Origin: an uncultured Bacteroidales bacterium
Lineage (GTDB): Bacteria > Bacteroidota > Bacteroidia > Bacteroidales > CAZZDX01
Assembly: GCA_964582565.1 (NCBI GenBank)
Contig: CAZOSY010000003.1
Coordinates: 2,178 to 37,728, forward strand
Length of the DNA: 35,551 nucleotides
Direction: 5' to 3'
Positions 35,496 to 35,551 of the stretch are shown here, one piece after another. A model generated the notes under the pieces. That model saw only the letters and a program-made list of their open reading frames with translations, was not told the DNA's origin and searched no databases. Numbering within the stretch: the stretch's first letter is position 1; every line of letters begins with the position of its first letter. The translations under genes were made by a program, and so were the position numbers.

Positions 35496-35551
35496 TTAAA
35501 TTGTTAAATTTTGTTGTTTTGTTTTTATACTCACCCCTAACCCCTCTCTAC

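Overview
This is an AT-rich chromosomal segment that looks like Bacteroidota. The evidence is T9SS C-terminal sorting domains, a GldB-like lipoprotein, a GWxTD protein, and TAnnTTTG -7 promoter boxes 20-60 nt upstream of many start codons. Confident housekeeping genes are metH, metF, gyrB, rmuC, rlmB and valS, plus a stand-alone fused LeuC/LeuD-type aconitase-family gene. Between them sit envelope and surface genes: a co-oriented block of three T9SS cargo genes (a BNR/Asp-box protein and two 984-aa paralogs), an Omp85-family barrel followed by a trypsin-fold protein, a PorT-like barrel and several lipoproteins. There is also an ORF6N/KilA-N-like gene and an MNT/HEPN toxin-antitoxin pair. I found no tRNA, rRNA, CRISPR array, transposase, integrase or reverse transcriptase. 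Five things stand out. (1) A 3,061-bp head-to-tail duplication carries the 984-aa T9SS gene and its terminator; about 2.48 kb is identical between copies, then identity drops abruptly to about 89% over the 5-prime 0.58 kb. (2) Two homologous elements of about 180 nt (5444-5623 and 9237-9415) have conserved cores, but their closing helices have different sequences. (3) A 230-254 bp triple-nested palindromic element occurs as direct copies on both sides of the aconitase-family gene, with a compensatory base-pair change between copies. (4) A noncoding tract of about 600 bp downstream of rlmB is packed with perfect palindromes, and it begins with a duplicated copy of the rlmB 3-prime end. (5) The trypsin-fold protein has Asn where the catalytic His is expected. 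All functional calls come from reading motifs in the supplied translations, since no database search was possible.
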